A stretch of 64,000 nucleotides of DNA, taken from Squalus acanthias. Its lineage: Eukaryota. The stretch is taken from assembly GCA_030390025.1 (NCBI GenBank), contig CM059431.1:109184001-109248000 (forward strand), written 5' to 3'. The notes under the pieces are model-generated. The model was not told where the DNA came from, ran no database searches, and saw only the letters and a list, made by a program, of their open reading frames with translations. The position numbers and the translations under genes were made by a program. How positions within the stretch are numbered: position 1 is the first letter of the stretch; each line of letters opens with the position of its first letter. This document shows, piece after piece, positions 23,245-35,371 of the stretch.

Positions 23245-23635
23245 CCCTTTTTAAGTTTCTTCCCACTTCTCCTGTTCACACTGGGGCACAGTTCCACAGG
23301 CACTGACCGTCCTCTACTACCTTGCCCAAGTGACCATTCTTCATATGTGTGAGTGTAGACAGTAAGAGATGTCAGACTGCACAATCCCAGGGTGCTTCAT
23401 GGCTGAGCTAAAACTGTTCTCGCACTTTCTGTCCAGCAAGGGCACTGATCAGGAGTAAGAGGCCAGGCGATTTCTCTCCCTTTTCCCAGTGTAGCACAGG
23501 AGCACTGAAGTGAATTATCGCACTACTTAGGCCGAGAAGATTTAACTCAGCACAGACCAGGGCCCACACCTGTGATTTTCCTGCTCCAATTGCCTCAGTT
23601 CCGCTCTGGCGCCGCATTCACCAACTGAGCGATCA
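23245..23635 (-). mobile_element. Old SINE-like family B copy
   Basis: Shared blocks with 4385-4716 and 57525-57765 (CCCAAGTG.CCATTCTTCA, TTCCAGCAGGGG.CACT, AACTCAGCACAGAC). Confidence 0.55.
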
Positions 23636-23984
23636 GGAAAGCATCCCTATTGGGACATTTTAACACCTCCTGTAATTTCCTGATTCCTCCCAAATGGGAG
23701 GGCAGAGGTGGGGAGGGATTTATTTTTAGAAAGCCTCATGCTAGCAGGGGAAAGCTAGGATAGAGTGTAAGCAAGCCATGAATTTCTATTAATCATACTG
23801 ACAGTAGGTATGGAAGGAATCCGCTCGTCATAACAAAAGGGAATGTTTGCGTTATTCAATTTTACACCAATCCCGGGCTCAGTACAAAAACCTGAAGGGC
23901 AGGCTCTTCTATCAGAGCGCTCGCGCTTAACTCAAGGCAACCACGCAAGCAAGGTGAAGATGTTTCTCCGGAGAAACCCATTAC

Positions 23985-24100
23985 CTGTCGGTGGAATCAT
24001 TCCCGGGGACATTAGGCCGGGGACGGTGTGCGGCATGATGTGGGAATTCTCTGGGGATGTAACGCTCTGAGATCGTTTGGGAGGTCTTCCCGGCCTGGAA
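23985..24100 (-). CDS. dach1: Dachshund homolog 1, internal coding exon (116 bp) just downstream of DACHbox-N
   Basis: Polypyrimidine tract and CAG acceptor (24101-24130), GTAATG donor (23979-23984); translates (S)SRPGRPPKRSQSVTSPENSHIMPHTVPGLMSPGMIPPT(G), nearly identical to my recollection of vertebrate DACH1 and unlike DACH2. Confidence 0.93.
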
Positions 24101-26392
24101 CTGGAAAAAAAAGAAGAGTAAAAAAAATTTTTAAATACACATTTAAATTCAGTGAGCATCCACATCAGTAGCAACATTTTTGAAGTTGTTGAAAGTGCTG
24201 GGAGAGACTGTAAATAAACTTATTTCAAGGGCGATTGCTTTTTCACTAGATGTAATAGACTGCCTTTACTAATTAGATTACATGCTGAATTCATTTCTTT
24301 CATAAAGATCAGCCACTGTTAATGCATTATTCATAGCTCATACCTCGTTACCTGATTCTCAATATTAATATCTATACATGTTAGAATTGCCTAGTTTGCA
24401 TATGCTAAAATTCGACATGGGGCTTTCAGCTTGAAAATTATGCTCTAACTTGTAATAATTACTGCAGTTAGCTTGATATTGATTTATGAGATTTTTAAAA
24501 GCCAAATATGTGTAGTAGTTTAAACGAATGCTATTTTAGGATTCTGCGGGAAATTAAAAGGCAATGTCAGCCCTAGGAAATCTGTTCCCACTTCTTTGCA
24601 CTTTTTAATCCGGCAATTAGCTAGGAGGAGGAAGAAAATGAACGAGGGAGAGGGGGGGTGTGGGGACTCCTGTACATGGCAATTTCAGCCCAGCTTTTCA
24701 CACAGTTGCTACTGCCTCTTGGCTAGAATTCTCTGGTCTCCAGACCATACTATAATGGGCTGGTGTGAATGTCGGAGGAAAAACCACTGCCGTCACGCTA
24801 TGTTTTTTGGTGGCAAACCATTCAATATATTGTACGTATATCCTGCACGCAACTGCACACGTTAACATTTGCTGGGGCTATGGTACTTATGTCAACTTTT
24901 AAGAGGTTGGTTTTAACCCGTTCTCGCCGAGCGGGAAGCGTTGACTTCAAAGGCAAGAGAGAAAAGAAAAGAAAAAAAATCGGGCAGGGTTAAACAAAAA
25001 ACAGGCAGCCAATCTGCTCTCGCCCGTTTCCCGCCCGGTAAGAACAGGTTAAAACCGAACCCCGAGTCTAAAGATACGCAATGGCAGTTCTTCTGCCGTT
25101 GTAACAATATCATAAATGCCTACCAGAAGAACATGTTTACAATGCTGCTGTACAGAGTCCACAGAGCAGTAGTTCCCCTACGTCGGAATTTTAAAAAAAG
25201 AACTCATCTGCCAATCTCCATCATTAGTCCTCAAAATTAGTCATTCTGCGCGGGAGCACTGGACTCTGGTGAACACAATCTTAGAAGGCAAGCCGAAAAA
25301 TAACATCACGTCAAAGGTGAAGTGTTACAGAATAGTCTTGAAGCCAGTGAGGACCAGATAAGATTTTTTTTTTAAATTTAGTCATGCTTGTGACCAAAAT
25401 AGTGTCAGGACCGAGGTCTGAGCAGACAGCAAAGGCTGATTAATGCCCTAACAAGTTAGACTTGCACTATGTACAATCTAACGTGCATCAAGAATTAGCA
25501 AACACTTCTCATATACTTATACGGAGTTAGGTCGCAGATCAGCCATGATCTCATTGAATGGCGGGACAGGCTCGAGGGGCTCAATGCCCGACTCCTGTTC
25601 CTGTGTTCATTTTACACACATTTGAATAAAAATAACCATCTTCTTTCAGTGAGAGGCAAATCATTTAAAAGTTGCGACGGTTTTCCCCCCAATTTATGAT
25701 ATAAATCAATGCTGGCAGGTTTGATCTGAACACGATTAAGATCTTTTCTATTGTCCGTCCATTCCGAATTTTTAAAAACAACAAACAGCAACCCAACCCC
25801 TCCCTGACAGACAACTCAAAACAAAATCGCTAAATTACAAGTGCTGGACCTATTTTGTAATGTTAGACTGTAAAACGGAGAAGAACAATCACCCATTATT
25901 CTCCCTGTCAAGTAGGTTTTCTTAGTGAAATTCGTTGTTGCCATATTGTTGAATATCTGCCTGAAAAAAATGAATTGCAGTAATTTTCCCCACCCTCAAA
26001 AAAAAAACCAACAGAATCGACTCCTGAACATGAGGAAAAACTTCCATGTCTGCAAGGATCCTGCTTTAGAGTAATTCTAATAAAGGTCATGAAGATGGGT
26101 TTGTGCTATGAATATTTTATTGACTCAAAAGTGCCACAACCTGGAGTACTGTAATATCGCTTTACACGTTTCTGAATATGCTCATGATATCATTTCCATC
26201 CTAAGTATAAGTGCTATGGCTTCTAGAGGATGATAAACATTTAAAGTGTATGATAAATCATAATGTCAATTGGAGCCTGCCTCAACGGTAGAGGCAAAAT
26301 ATCTTTTGGTGTGCAGTATCTGGGTATGTGTTGTACTCCTGACAACCATTTCACACATGCAGCAAAGGCCATTCACAAAATAAAAGGGAAGG

Positions 26393-26630
26393 TGTGGCGG
26401 ATCGCCACCTAAAACGGGCATAATCCGCTCTTCCGTCTGTGGACAAATTTCCAGCACCTTCCCTTTAAGGCACCTTACCTTTAAGGCAGAAGGGGGCGGG
26501 GCCTCAGGTTTTACCCAGAGAATTCTGGGAGCTTTTCAGTCTGCCATTTTGTGCCATGCTGTGATTAAAAAGTCTCTTGTTTAACACAAATGGATTCAGC
26601 CTTAATTCGTGTTTCGCGGCAGCCTCAACA
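26393..26630 (+). repeat. 5' LTR
   Basis: TGTGGCGG...CTCAACA; 4 substitutions relative to the 3' LTR. Confidence 0.96.
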
Positions 26631-26631
26631 T

Positions 26632-26645
26632 TGGTGACCCCGACG
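26632..26645 (+). promoter_or_regulatory. Primer-binding site, tRNA-Trp
   Basis: TGGTGACCCCGACG is complementary to the 3' end of vertebrate tRNA-Trp (...CGUCGGGGUCACCA). Confidence 0.85.
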
Positions 26646-26670
26646 CTCAGAACGTATTCCGAGCACTGCA

Positions 26671-29600
26671 ATGGCGGACACGAACGCAGTTTCCGTGAGA
26701 CTGCTGGAGTTTTGGGAAAACCAGCCCGAAGCCTGGTTTCTCCAAGCTGAATCTCGCTTCCGGCTGCGAAATATCACCACAGATGGGTCGAAGTACGACT
26801 ATCTCGTCACATCACTCGGTAGCGCCGCAGTTTCCAAGGTTTGGACAAAGCTGCAGAACCCACCAGAGGAAGGCAAGTACGCACATCTCAGGACAGCGCT
26901 CCTTAAAAAATTTACGGCCTCGGCATATCAGCGAAACTGCCACCTCCTCCACCTTCCAGGCCTCGGTGATGCCTCACCGTCAGACCTCCTCTCCCACATG
27001 CTCTCCCTCACCGACGAGAGCCCACCCGGATCACTCTTCCGCACGCTGTTCATCCGCCAGCTCCCTCTCAGCATCCGCCCAGCGATCGTGGCGTCCGGCC
27101 TCACGAACCTGGAAGCCCTGGCCGATGAGGCCGACAAGCTGCTGTCCGCTCACTCCAGCCGCGACGTCACTCCGGACCTGGCAGCCAATGCCTGGGCGCG
27201 CCCCTCACCATCCAGCACGCGGCCACAAGGGCCTGTCACCAGGCCCACGGGGCCTTCACGCCCCACTAACCCGGGCCACTGTTACCATCACGCACGGTTC
27301 GGCGCCAGGGCACAACGGTGCACACCTCCCTGCTCTTTCAAGTCCGCCCCCGTTCCAACCCCTGCGATGGCCGTGGGCCACGCGGGCTCCCTGCTGTTCG
27401 TCACGGATGACAAAACCGGCCGCCGGTTCCTGTGCGACACTGGGGCTCAGCACAGCATCATCCCGGCCTCCTCCCTCGACATCCAAAAAGGGCGAACGAG
27501 GACCGGCGCTGGCTGCTGCTAACGGCTCGGAAATCCGGACATATGGCACCCGGACAGTCACCCTCGACCTCGCTGGTCACCGCTACCGATGGGAGTTCAT
27601 CACTGCCAAGGTGCTCTCCCCCCTCATCGGCGCAGATTTCCTGCGCGCCCACGGCCTACTGGTAGACATCCCTCGTCACCGCCTCGTGGACATGAACACC
27701 ATGTCCCCCATCCTGGGCGCCATGGCCCCCCGTCAACCCGCCGACATGGCGTCACAGTGCCACGCCCGGGCCACGGATGACTACTCGGCACTCCTGGCCG
27801 AATTCCCGGCCCTTACCAAGCCGACCTTCTCCGCGGAGGCCGCCAAACACGGGGTGGAACACTTCATCCCCACCACAGCCCCCCAGTGGACGCCCACACC
27901 CGCAGGCTGGACCCGGCCTAACTGGAGATCACGCGGACCGAGGTTGCCACCATGGAACAGCTCGGCATCATCCACCGCTCCAACAGTCCCCGGGCCTCCC
28001 CACTCCACATCGCCCCCAAACCAGGCGGAGGTTGGCGCCCCTGCGGGGATTACCGCCGCCTCAATGACGCCACCACCCCTGATCGGTACCCCGTTCCGCA
28101 CATTCAGGACTTCTCGGCTAGACTGGCCGGCCGCTCAGTCTTTTCCAAGGTCGACCTGGTGCGCAGCTACCACCAAGTCCCCGTCCACCCCGCGGACATC
28201 CCCAAGACGGCCGTAATCACCCCCTTCGGCCTGTTCGAGTTCCTGCGGATGCCCTTCGGCCTCAAAAACGCGGCCCAGGCATTCCAACGGCTCATGGACT
28301 CGGTCCTTCGGGACCTGAAGTTCCTGTTCGTCTACCTGGACGACATCCTGGTAGCCAGTTCCTCCAAGCAGGAACACCTCGAACACCTTCGCATCCTGTT
28401 CGGGCGCCTCAGTGACCACGGGCTCATCCTCAGCCCAGCCAAATGCCAGTTCGGCCTGGACAAGATCGACTTCCTCGGCCACCACATCACTCATGCTGGG
28501 GCCATTCCCCTGCCCACCAAGGTGCAGGCCGTCTAACAATTTCCCCGCCCCACCACCATCAAAGGCCTCCAGGAGTTCCTCGGGATGGTGAATTTCTATA
28601 ACCGCTTCATCCCCAAAGCGGCATCCCTCATGAGGCCCCTGTATGAAGCCCTCCGGGGCAGGAGTGGCAAGATGGCGGTCGAATGGGCGGCAGACGCGTC
28701 CGCCGCCTTCGATTCCACCAAGACCGCGCTCGCCAATGCCACCCTACTCGTGCACCCACGGCCCAATGCCAGGGTAGCGCTCGCCACGGACGCCTCCGAC
28801 CACGCGGTCGGCGCCATGTATGAGCAGTGGGTCGACGGCGCCTGGCAACCACTTGCCTTCTTCAGCCGCCAACTACGCCCCCCGGAGGTCAAGTACAGCA
28901 CCTTCGACCACGAGCTCCTCGCGCTGTTCCTGGCGGTCCGCCATTTCCGGTTTTTGCTTGAGGGCCACCCCTTCACTGCGTTTGTCGACCACAAGCCCCT
29001 GACATTCGCAATGGCAAAGACAACCGACCCCTGGTCCGCCAGGCAACAGCGCCAGCTCGCGGCAGTGTCCGAGTTCACCACGGACATCCAACACGTCTCC
29101 GGCCGAGACAATGTGGTAGCCGACTGCCTCTCCCGCCCCGCCATCCACACTGCACACCTAGCAGTCGACTACGCTCAACTCGCAGCAGACCAGATCACCG
29201 ACCCTGATCTGCTCTCCGCACCCACCAACCTACCAGGGCTATGCCTGGCCGACGTCGCCTGTGGCCCGACCGCAGTCACGGTCAAGTGCGACATATCCCT
29301 ATGTCAACCTCGGCCCGTCGTCCCAGCGCCGCCGGGTATTCGACATTCTCCACAACCTCTCCCACCCCGGCGCCCGCGCATCCATCAAATTGGTAGCCAA
29401 CCGCTTTGTCTGGCGCGGCCTTCGCAAGGATGTGCGTACTTGGGCCAACTCCTGCCTAGCCTGCCAACGGGCCAAGGTACAGCAACACACGAAAGCACCC
29501 CTCGAGTAGTTTACCATCCCCTCGCGGAGATTCGACCACATCCACGTGGACATCGTCGGGCCCCTGCCGCCGTCGCAAGGCCACACGCACTTGCTGACCA

Positions 29601-30475
29601 TCGTTGACCGCACCACACGCTGGCCCGAGGCAATTCCACTGACCTCTACCACCACCGCCGACATCGCCAGAGCCTTCGTCAGCACTTGGGTCGCACGGTT
29701 CGGCGTCCCCTCCGACATGACGTCGGACAGAGGTCCGCAATTTACCTCTGAACTCTGGACCGCCGTCGCACGCAATCTCGGGGTGACCATTCACTGCACC
29801 ACAGCGTACCACCCCCAAGCCAACGGACTGTGTGAGTGGTTCCACAGATCCTTGAAGGCATCTCTTCAAACCAGCCTCCAAGACGGCGCCTGGACCGACC
29901 GACTTCCGTGGGTCCTCCTCGGCCTGCGCACCGCGGTTAAAGAAGACCTCCACGCATCGGCAGCAGAGCTCATGTACGGTCAGCCGCTGCGCGTACCTGG
30001 CAAGTTCCTGCCCACCGCCACGACACCCTGGTCAGCCGACCAGCAACGCCATGACTTCGCCTCACCGGCGCTGCAGTTCGCCCCGGTGCCCATTGCCCGA
30101 CACAGCGAATCCACCTCACACGTCCCACTAAGCCTGCACCAGGCACGGTTTGTTTTCATCCGGCACGACGCCCACCACGGACCCCTTCAATCCCTGTACG
30201 ACGGGCCCTACAAGGTGCTACAGGCTGGGGACAAATTTTTCACCCTGCAAGTGGGCGACAGGACCGAAAAAGTGTCGGTTGACCGACTCAAGCCAGCACA
30301 CTCGGAGCCCGGTGAGCAGGTCCCTGTAGCTCATCCACCTCCACGCGGCCGACTTGCCCTCAAGCCGGTTCACCCGGCTGCTCCACGCCCGGCCGTTCCA
30401 CGTCCACCGGCGTCCTACAAGAGCCGCTCCGGCCGGCCCATCAGACCGCCGCACCGTCTCGTTCACACCTCCTAA
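26671..30475 (+). pseudogene. Gypsy gag-pol polyprotein, disrupted
   Basis: Gag CYHH-x9-C-x3-C; protease FLCDTGA and IGADFL; RT WRPCGDYR, MPFGLKNA, YLDD; RNase H TDASD; integrase DIVGP, SDRGPQF, YDGPY. Frameshifts near 27490, 27880 and 29325; stops at 28534 and 29507. Confidence 0.95.
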
Positions 30476-30484
30476 GCGGATTCT

Positions 30485-30492
30485 GGGGGGAG
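30485..30492 (+). other. Polypurine tract
   Basis: GGGGGGAG immediately before the 3' LTR. Confidence 0.75.
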
Positions 30493-30495
30493 CTG

Positions 30496-30733
30496 TGTGG
30501 CGGATCGCCACCTAAAATGGGCATAATCCACTCTTCCGTCTGTGGACAAATTTCCAGCACCTTCCCTTTAAGGCACCTTACCTTTAAGGCAGAAGGGGGC
30601 GGGGCCTCAGGTTTTACCCAGAGAATTCTGGGAGCTTTTCAGTCTGCCATTTTGTGCCATGCTGTGATTAAAAAGTCTCTTGTTTAACACAAATGGATTC
30701 AGCCTTAATTCGTGTTTCGCAGCAGCTTCAACA
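30496..30733 (+). repeat. 3' LTR
   Basis: Direct repeat of 26393-26630. Confidence 0.96.
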
Positions 30734-30966
30734 AGGGCGCCGTTTGGGCAAGAACTTATACAGTCTTGATTTATGATGCATTTGGAAAGTGCGTTGTTTG
30801 ACATGATGAAAAAGAACGCTGTCCATATAGTGGCCTGTGTGAAGGAACTTGTCAATCCTCATGGGGATACTATTATCTTGTCAAGGAACAGACTTGCACG
30901 CTCGGTACTGATTTTAACGTTTTCATCAGTTTTGAAGTAAAGCATTCTATTTTTTTCTTTAACCCG

Positions 30967-32569
30967 AAGAACATAACATAAGAACATAAGAAATAGGAGC
31001 AGGAGTAGGCCAATCGGCCCCTCGAGCCTGCTCCGCCATTCAATAAGATCATGGCTGATCTGATCCTAACCGCCAATCTACTATCTATCACAGAACCATC
31101 TCCTGCATCTAACAGAATTGCACACACGAAATAGGAGCAGAATCAGGCTACACAGTCCCTGGGCCCGCTCCACTACCCACAGGGCCATGACCGATCCGAA
31201 CCTAGACTCATGTCCAAATTCCTGCCCGCTCCCCGTAACCCTTAATGCCCTTTACTTCTAGGAAACTGTCTATTTCTGTTTTAAATTTAATTAATGTTGT
31301 AGCTTCTACAGCTTTTTGTGGCAGCATATTCCATGGACCTACCACCCTCTGAGTGAAGTAGTTCCTCCTCATCTCAGTTTTGAAAGAGCAGCCCCTTATT
31401 CTAAGACTATGTCCCCTAGTTCTCGTCTCACCCGTCATCGGGAACATCCTCCCCGCATCCACCCGATCCAACCCCTTCACAATCTTATATGTTTCAATAA
31501 GATCGCCTCTCATTCTTCTGAACTCCAATGAGTAGAGTCCCAATCTACCCAACCTCTCCTCATATGACCACCCCCTCATCCCCGGGATTAACCGAGTGAA
31601 CCTTTTTTGCACTGCCTCGAGAGCAAGGATGTCTTTCCTTAAGTAAGGACACCAAAACTGTATGCAGTATTCCAGGTGCGGTCTCACCAATACCTTGTAC
31701 AACTGAAGCAATACCTCCCTATTTTTATATTCTATCCCCCTAGCAATGAAAGCCAACATTCCATTTGCCTTCTTAATCACTTGCTGCACCTGCATACTAA
31801 CCTTTTGAGTTTCGTGCACCAGGACCCCCAGATCCCTTTGCACTTCAGTACTCTCCAGTTTCTTGCCATTAAGATAATAAATTGCTCTAGGATTTTTCCT
31901 GCCAAAGTGCATCACCTCACACTTTCCAGTGTTGTATTCCATCTGCCAAATCTCTGCCCACTTACTTAGCCTGTCTATGTCCCCTTGCAGGTTTTTTATG
32001 TCCTCCTCACTCACTACTTTCCCTCCCATCTTTGTATCATCTGCAAATTTTGATATGTTACACTTGGTCCCTTCCTCCAAATCGTTAATATAGATTGTGA
32101 AGAGTTGGGGACCCAGCACTGACCCCTGTGGAACACCACTAGTTACTGATTGCCAGTCTGAGAATGAACCATTTATCCCAACTCTTTGCTTTCTGTTAGA
32201 TAGCCAATCCTCTATCCATGCCAGAATATTACCCCCAATCCCGTGATTTTTTACCTTAAGCAATAATCTTTTGTGTGGCACCTTGTCAAATGCCTTTTGG
32301 AAGTCTAAATACACTACGTCCACTGGTTCCCCTTTATCCACTCTATATGTTACTTCCTCAAAGAACTCCAGCAAATTTGTCAAACATGACTTCCCCTTCG
32401 TAAAACCATGCTGACTTTGTCCTATTAAATTATGATTATCCAAATGTCCTGTTACTGTTTCCTTAATAATGGACTCCAAAATTTTACCTACCACAGATGT
32501 TAGGCTAACCGGTCTATAGTTACCAGCCTTCTGTCTACTGCCCTTTTTAAATAAGGGTGTTACATTAGC
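30967..32569 (-). mobile_element. CR1 LINE, 5'-truncated, young
   Basis: Open RT frame, 3' UTR and (TTCTTATG)n tail. Confidence 0.93.
31208..32569 (-). pseudogene. CR1 ORF2 reverse transcriptase region (open frame, no endonuclease domain or true start)
   Basis: ANVTPLFKKG..GNYRPVSLTS, LDFQKAFDKV, GVPQGSVLGP, KFADD, RPHLEYC; the first 20 aa of the ORF track derive from flanking DNA. Confidence 0.92.
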
Positions 32570-32837
32570 AAGAGAAGTAAATATGTGTGTTATGAACCCG
32601 TAACACAGTAAGGCTGTTCCGAGTTTCACTCTGTGCGGTTCATATGGCCCTTAAGCCCTTGACAATTGAGTCACGGACTGTATCAAACCTCCAGCCACCA
32701 TTTATTGTCAAGTTTGATATTTTTTTGATGATCAGCTTTCCTGTTTGTGTTTTTATTTTTCTATTTCCACCTTCTCTCTGTTGCTGCTCACTTTTCAGTT
32801 ACTGCCATTATGGTCCCCGAGTTGATTTTAGCTATTT

Positions 32838-33530
32838 AACATAGAGTCATAACGGCACAGAAGGAGGCCATTCGGCCCATTGAGTCCGTGCCAGCTCTCT
32901 GTAGAGCAATCCGGTCAGTCCCATTCCCCTGCTCTATCCCAGTAGCCCTGCAAGTTTATTTCCCTCAAGTGCCTATCCAGTCTCCCCTTGAAAACATTGA
33001 GTGTCTCCGCTTCCACCACTTCCGTCGGCAGCGAATTCCAGGTCATCACCACTCGCTGCGTAAAAAAGTTTTTCCTCACATCCCCCCCTGTATCTCTTGC
33101 CCAAAACCTTAAATCTGTGTCCCCTAGTCCTTGTACCATCAGCTAGTGGGAACAGCCTTTCCCCGTCTAGCCTATCCAAACCCGTCATAATCTTGCACAC
33201 CTCTATCAAATCACCCCTCAACCTCCTTTGCTCTAATGAAAACAAATCCAGCTTCTTCAACCTGTCCTTGTAGATAAGATCCCCCAACCCCGGAACCATT
33301 CTGGTGAATCTCCTCTGCACCCTCTCAAGGGCCTTCACATCCTTCCTAAAGTGTGGTGACCAGAACTGGACGCAATCCTCCAGTTGTGGCCTAACCAGCG
33401 CTTTATAAAGGTTCAGCATAACTTCTCTACTTTTGTACTCAATACCTCTATTTATGAAGCCCAAGATCCCATATGCTTTGTTAACCACTCTCTCAATATG
33501 TCCTGCCACCTTCAGGGACCTATGCACATT
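32838..33530 (-). mobile_element. Second CR1 LINE 3' fragment (different subfamily, frameshifted)
   Basis: VHRSLKVAGHIERVVNKAYGILGFI..LVRPQLEDCVQFWSP..RRLRGDLIEV; CR1 3' hairpin. Confidence 0.9.
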
Positions 33531-33726
33531 AATGGTGTACATCATGGTGGAAGATTTTTTTCGGTCATGTAGCAAGCTCGTGACTGCGTTCTTTATACTC
33601 AAGTTTACGGTTTCACTACAAGTCAAGCACAGAGGAAACCTTCTCTTCACTCCCACGCACTAGGATCAAACAGATTGTTATTTATATAAAAAAAAGATTA
33701 AATCATAATATTCACTATCCTATGTG

Positions 33727-34119
33727 AAAGAAAGAAAAACTTGTATTTATATCACACCTTTCATGACCTCATTGGCTGAAATGCTATTTGAAGTTTAGCC
33801 ACTGTTGTAATGTAGGAAGCGAGGCAGTCAATTTGCGCACAGCAAGGTCCCACAAACAGCAATGAGATAATTGCTGATGTTGGTGGAGGAATAAATATTG
33901 GCCAGGACACTGGGGGAGAACTCCCCTGCTCTTCTTCGAAATAGTGCCACGGGATTTTTACATCCACCCGAGAGGGTAGACGGGGCCTCAGTTTAATGTT
34001 TCAGCCGAAAGCCGGCACCTCCGACAGTGCAGCACTCCCTCAGTACTGCATTGGAGTGTCAGCCTAGATTATGTGCTCAAGTTTCTAGTGTGGGACTGGA
34101 ACCCACAAGCTTCTGACTC
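33727..34119 (-). mobile_element. DeuSINE/SacSINE1-like SINE
   Basis: Reverse complement of most of 57769-58218. Confidence 0.88.
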
Positions 34120-35371
34120 TGTATGTTATGACCAGATTCATTGTCACGAAATACACTTGCGAAAAATTCTATGTGTAAATAGCAATGCTGTTCATTGTAG
34201 CCACACTGAATATTTTACTATTAATCAGGGTGAGACGAGAGCTCCTAGTTCTGCCCACGTAAACACATTTCTTAATAATTTAGCTGTTAGCACTTCCTTC
34301 TTGGACAGTATTGGTATCAAAATATTCGTGCAGAAGATTTCAACATAGAGTTTCAGTCTTAATACAGAATAATAGTGAGCCATGCATCTTCAACAAAGGT
34401 ACTAAGGACCATTATGGACAGGATATCATTCAGGCTGCAGATAGGGTGCGCTGACCTCCGCACACAAATTCCCAATGTGCGCTCCTGTTGCGCTAAGCTC
34501 TACACAAGGAACACTAAATCATAACATTCACCACTATATCCCCTGATAATACAGTAGGTTTATCCAGTGAGTGGCTGAAGGAGTCAATGCCTTCAAGTGA
34601 GGGAAGAAGAATGGCGACTTGCGTTTTAAAGTAAAGCTTTTATAGCCACCTGTGGCCAGAACGGCTCAGCTTCGAAAGTACAGCGCAGGGCAAAGTTCAT
34701 TTCTACCAGACAAACCGCAGTGGTCTCTAAAATGTCAGCAAATATAAATTTAAGATAATTTATAACTCGTGTATTGTGCTGCTGCAAAGGTGGTGTGATC
34801 TTAGAGGTAATTAAAGATTAAAGGAACTGCATACAGTGAACATTTACACAATGGCCATTGTTGAAATTCCCATTATACTTCAGACAGTAAATGGACAAAC
34901 AATATGCTTTGTTCCCTTCAGAACCCTGCACCTGACCTCTTTGTAGCACACATAACCCTTTGAGTACCGAATTTCCGTCATTATTTTCATAAAAACCGCA
35001 CGCATTTCCTTTCGTATAACACCTGTAGAAGCGATTGGCCATTTCAAGTGGCTTTTGAAAGAGCGAAGCCTAAACAAACAAGAGACCATTTCTTGATTGG
35101 CAACATGAGCAAAATGCAGGAATGGAACTTTCCTGCCTTTCAGTAGCCAGTGCAAGAGCTCACTGATGCGTGCACATTGGCAAAACGACTGTTTTAATGA
35201 TTTTTTTTTGGTTGTGACCCTATTTTTCAATGCAAGTTAATTACTAATTTAGCAAAACGTGCTTCTCCCCTCACTCTTGAAGGCACTGACACATATTTTA
35301 CTCCCCCCCCCCACCCCCCACCACCACGACAGACGAGAAAGGATCGGTGGAGGGTGTGTAATATTTCCAGG

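Larger units (their letters stand above)
26393..30733 (+). mobile_element. Full-length Ty3/Gypsy LTR retrotransposon, CsRn1-clade-like, 4341 bp
   Basis: Two 238-bp TG...CA LTRs, PBS, PPT and gag-PR-RT-RH-IN order; imperfect 4-bp TSD AAGG/AGGG. Confidence 0.96.

Noticed and set aside
27480..27495. Programmed gag-pol frameshift
   Set aside because: The shift falls inside the protease domain (after DTG, before IGADFL) in an A-run, so a disabling indel or sequencing error is more likely.
32570..32629. Signal-peptide-like N-terminus on the CR1 RT ORF (domesticated gene)
   Set aside because: Chance read-through into flanking DNA from a non-ATG start at the 5' truncation point.
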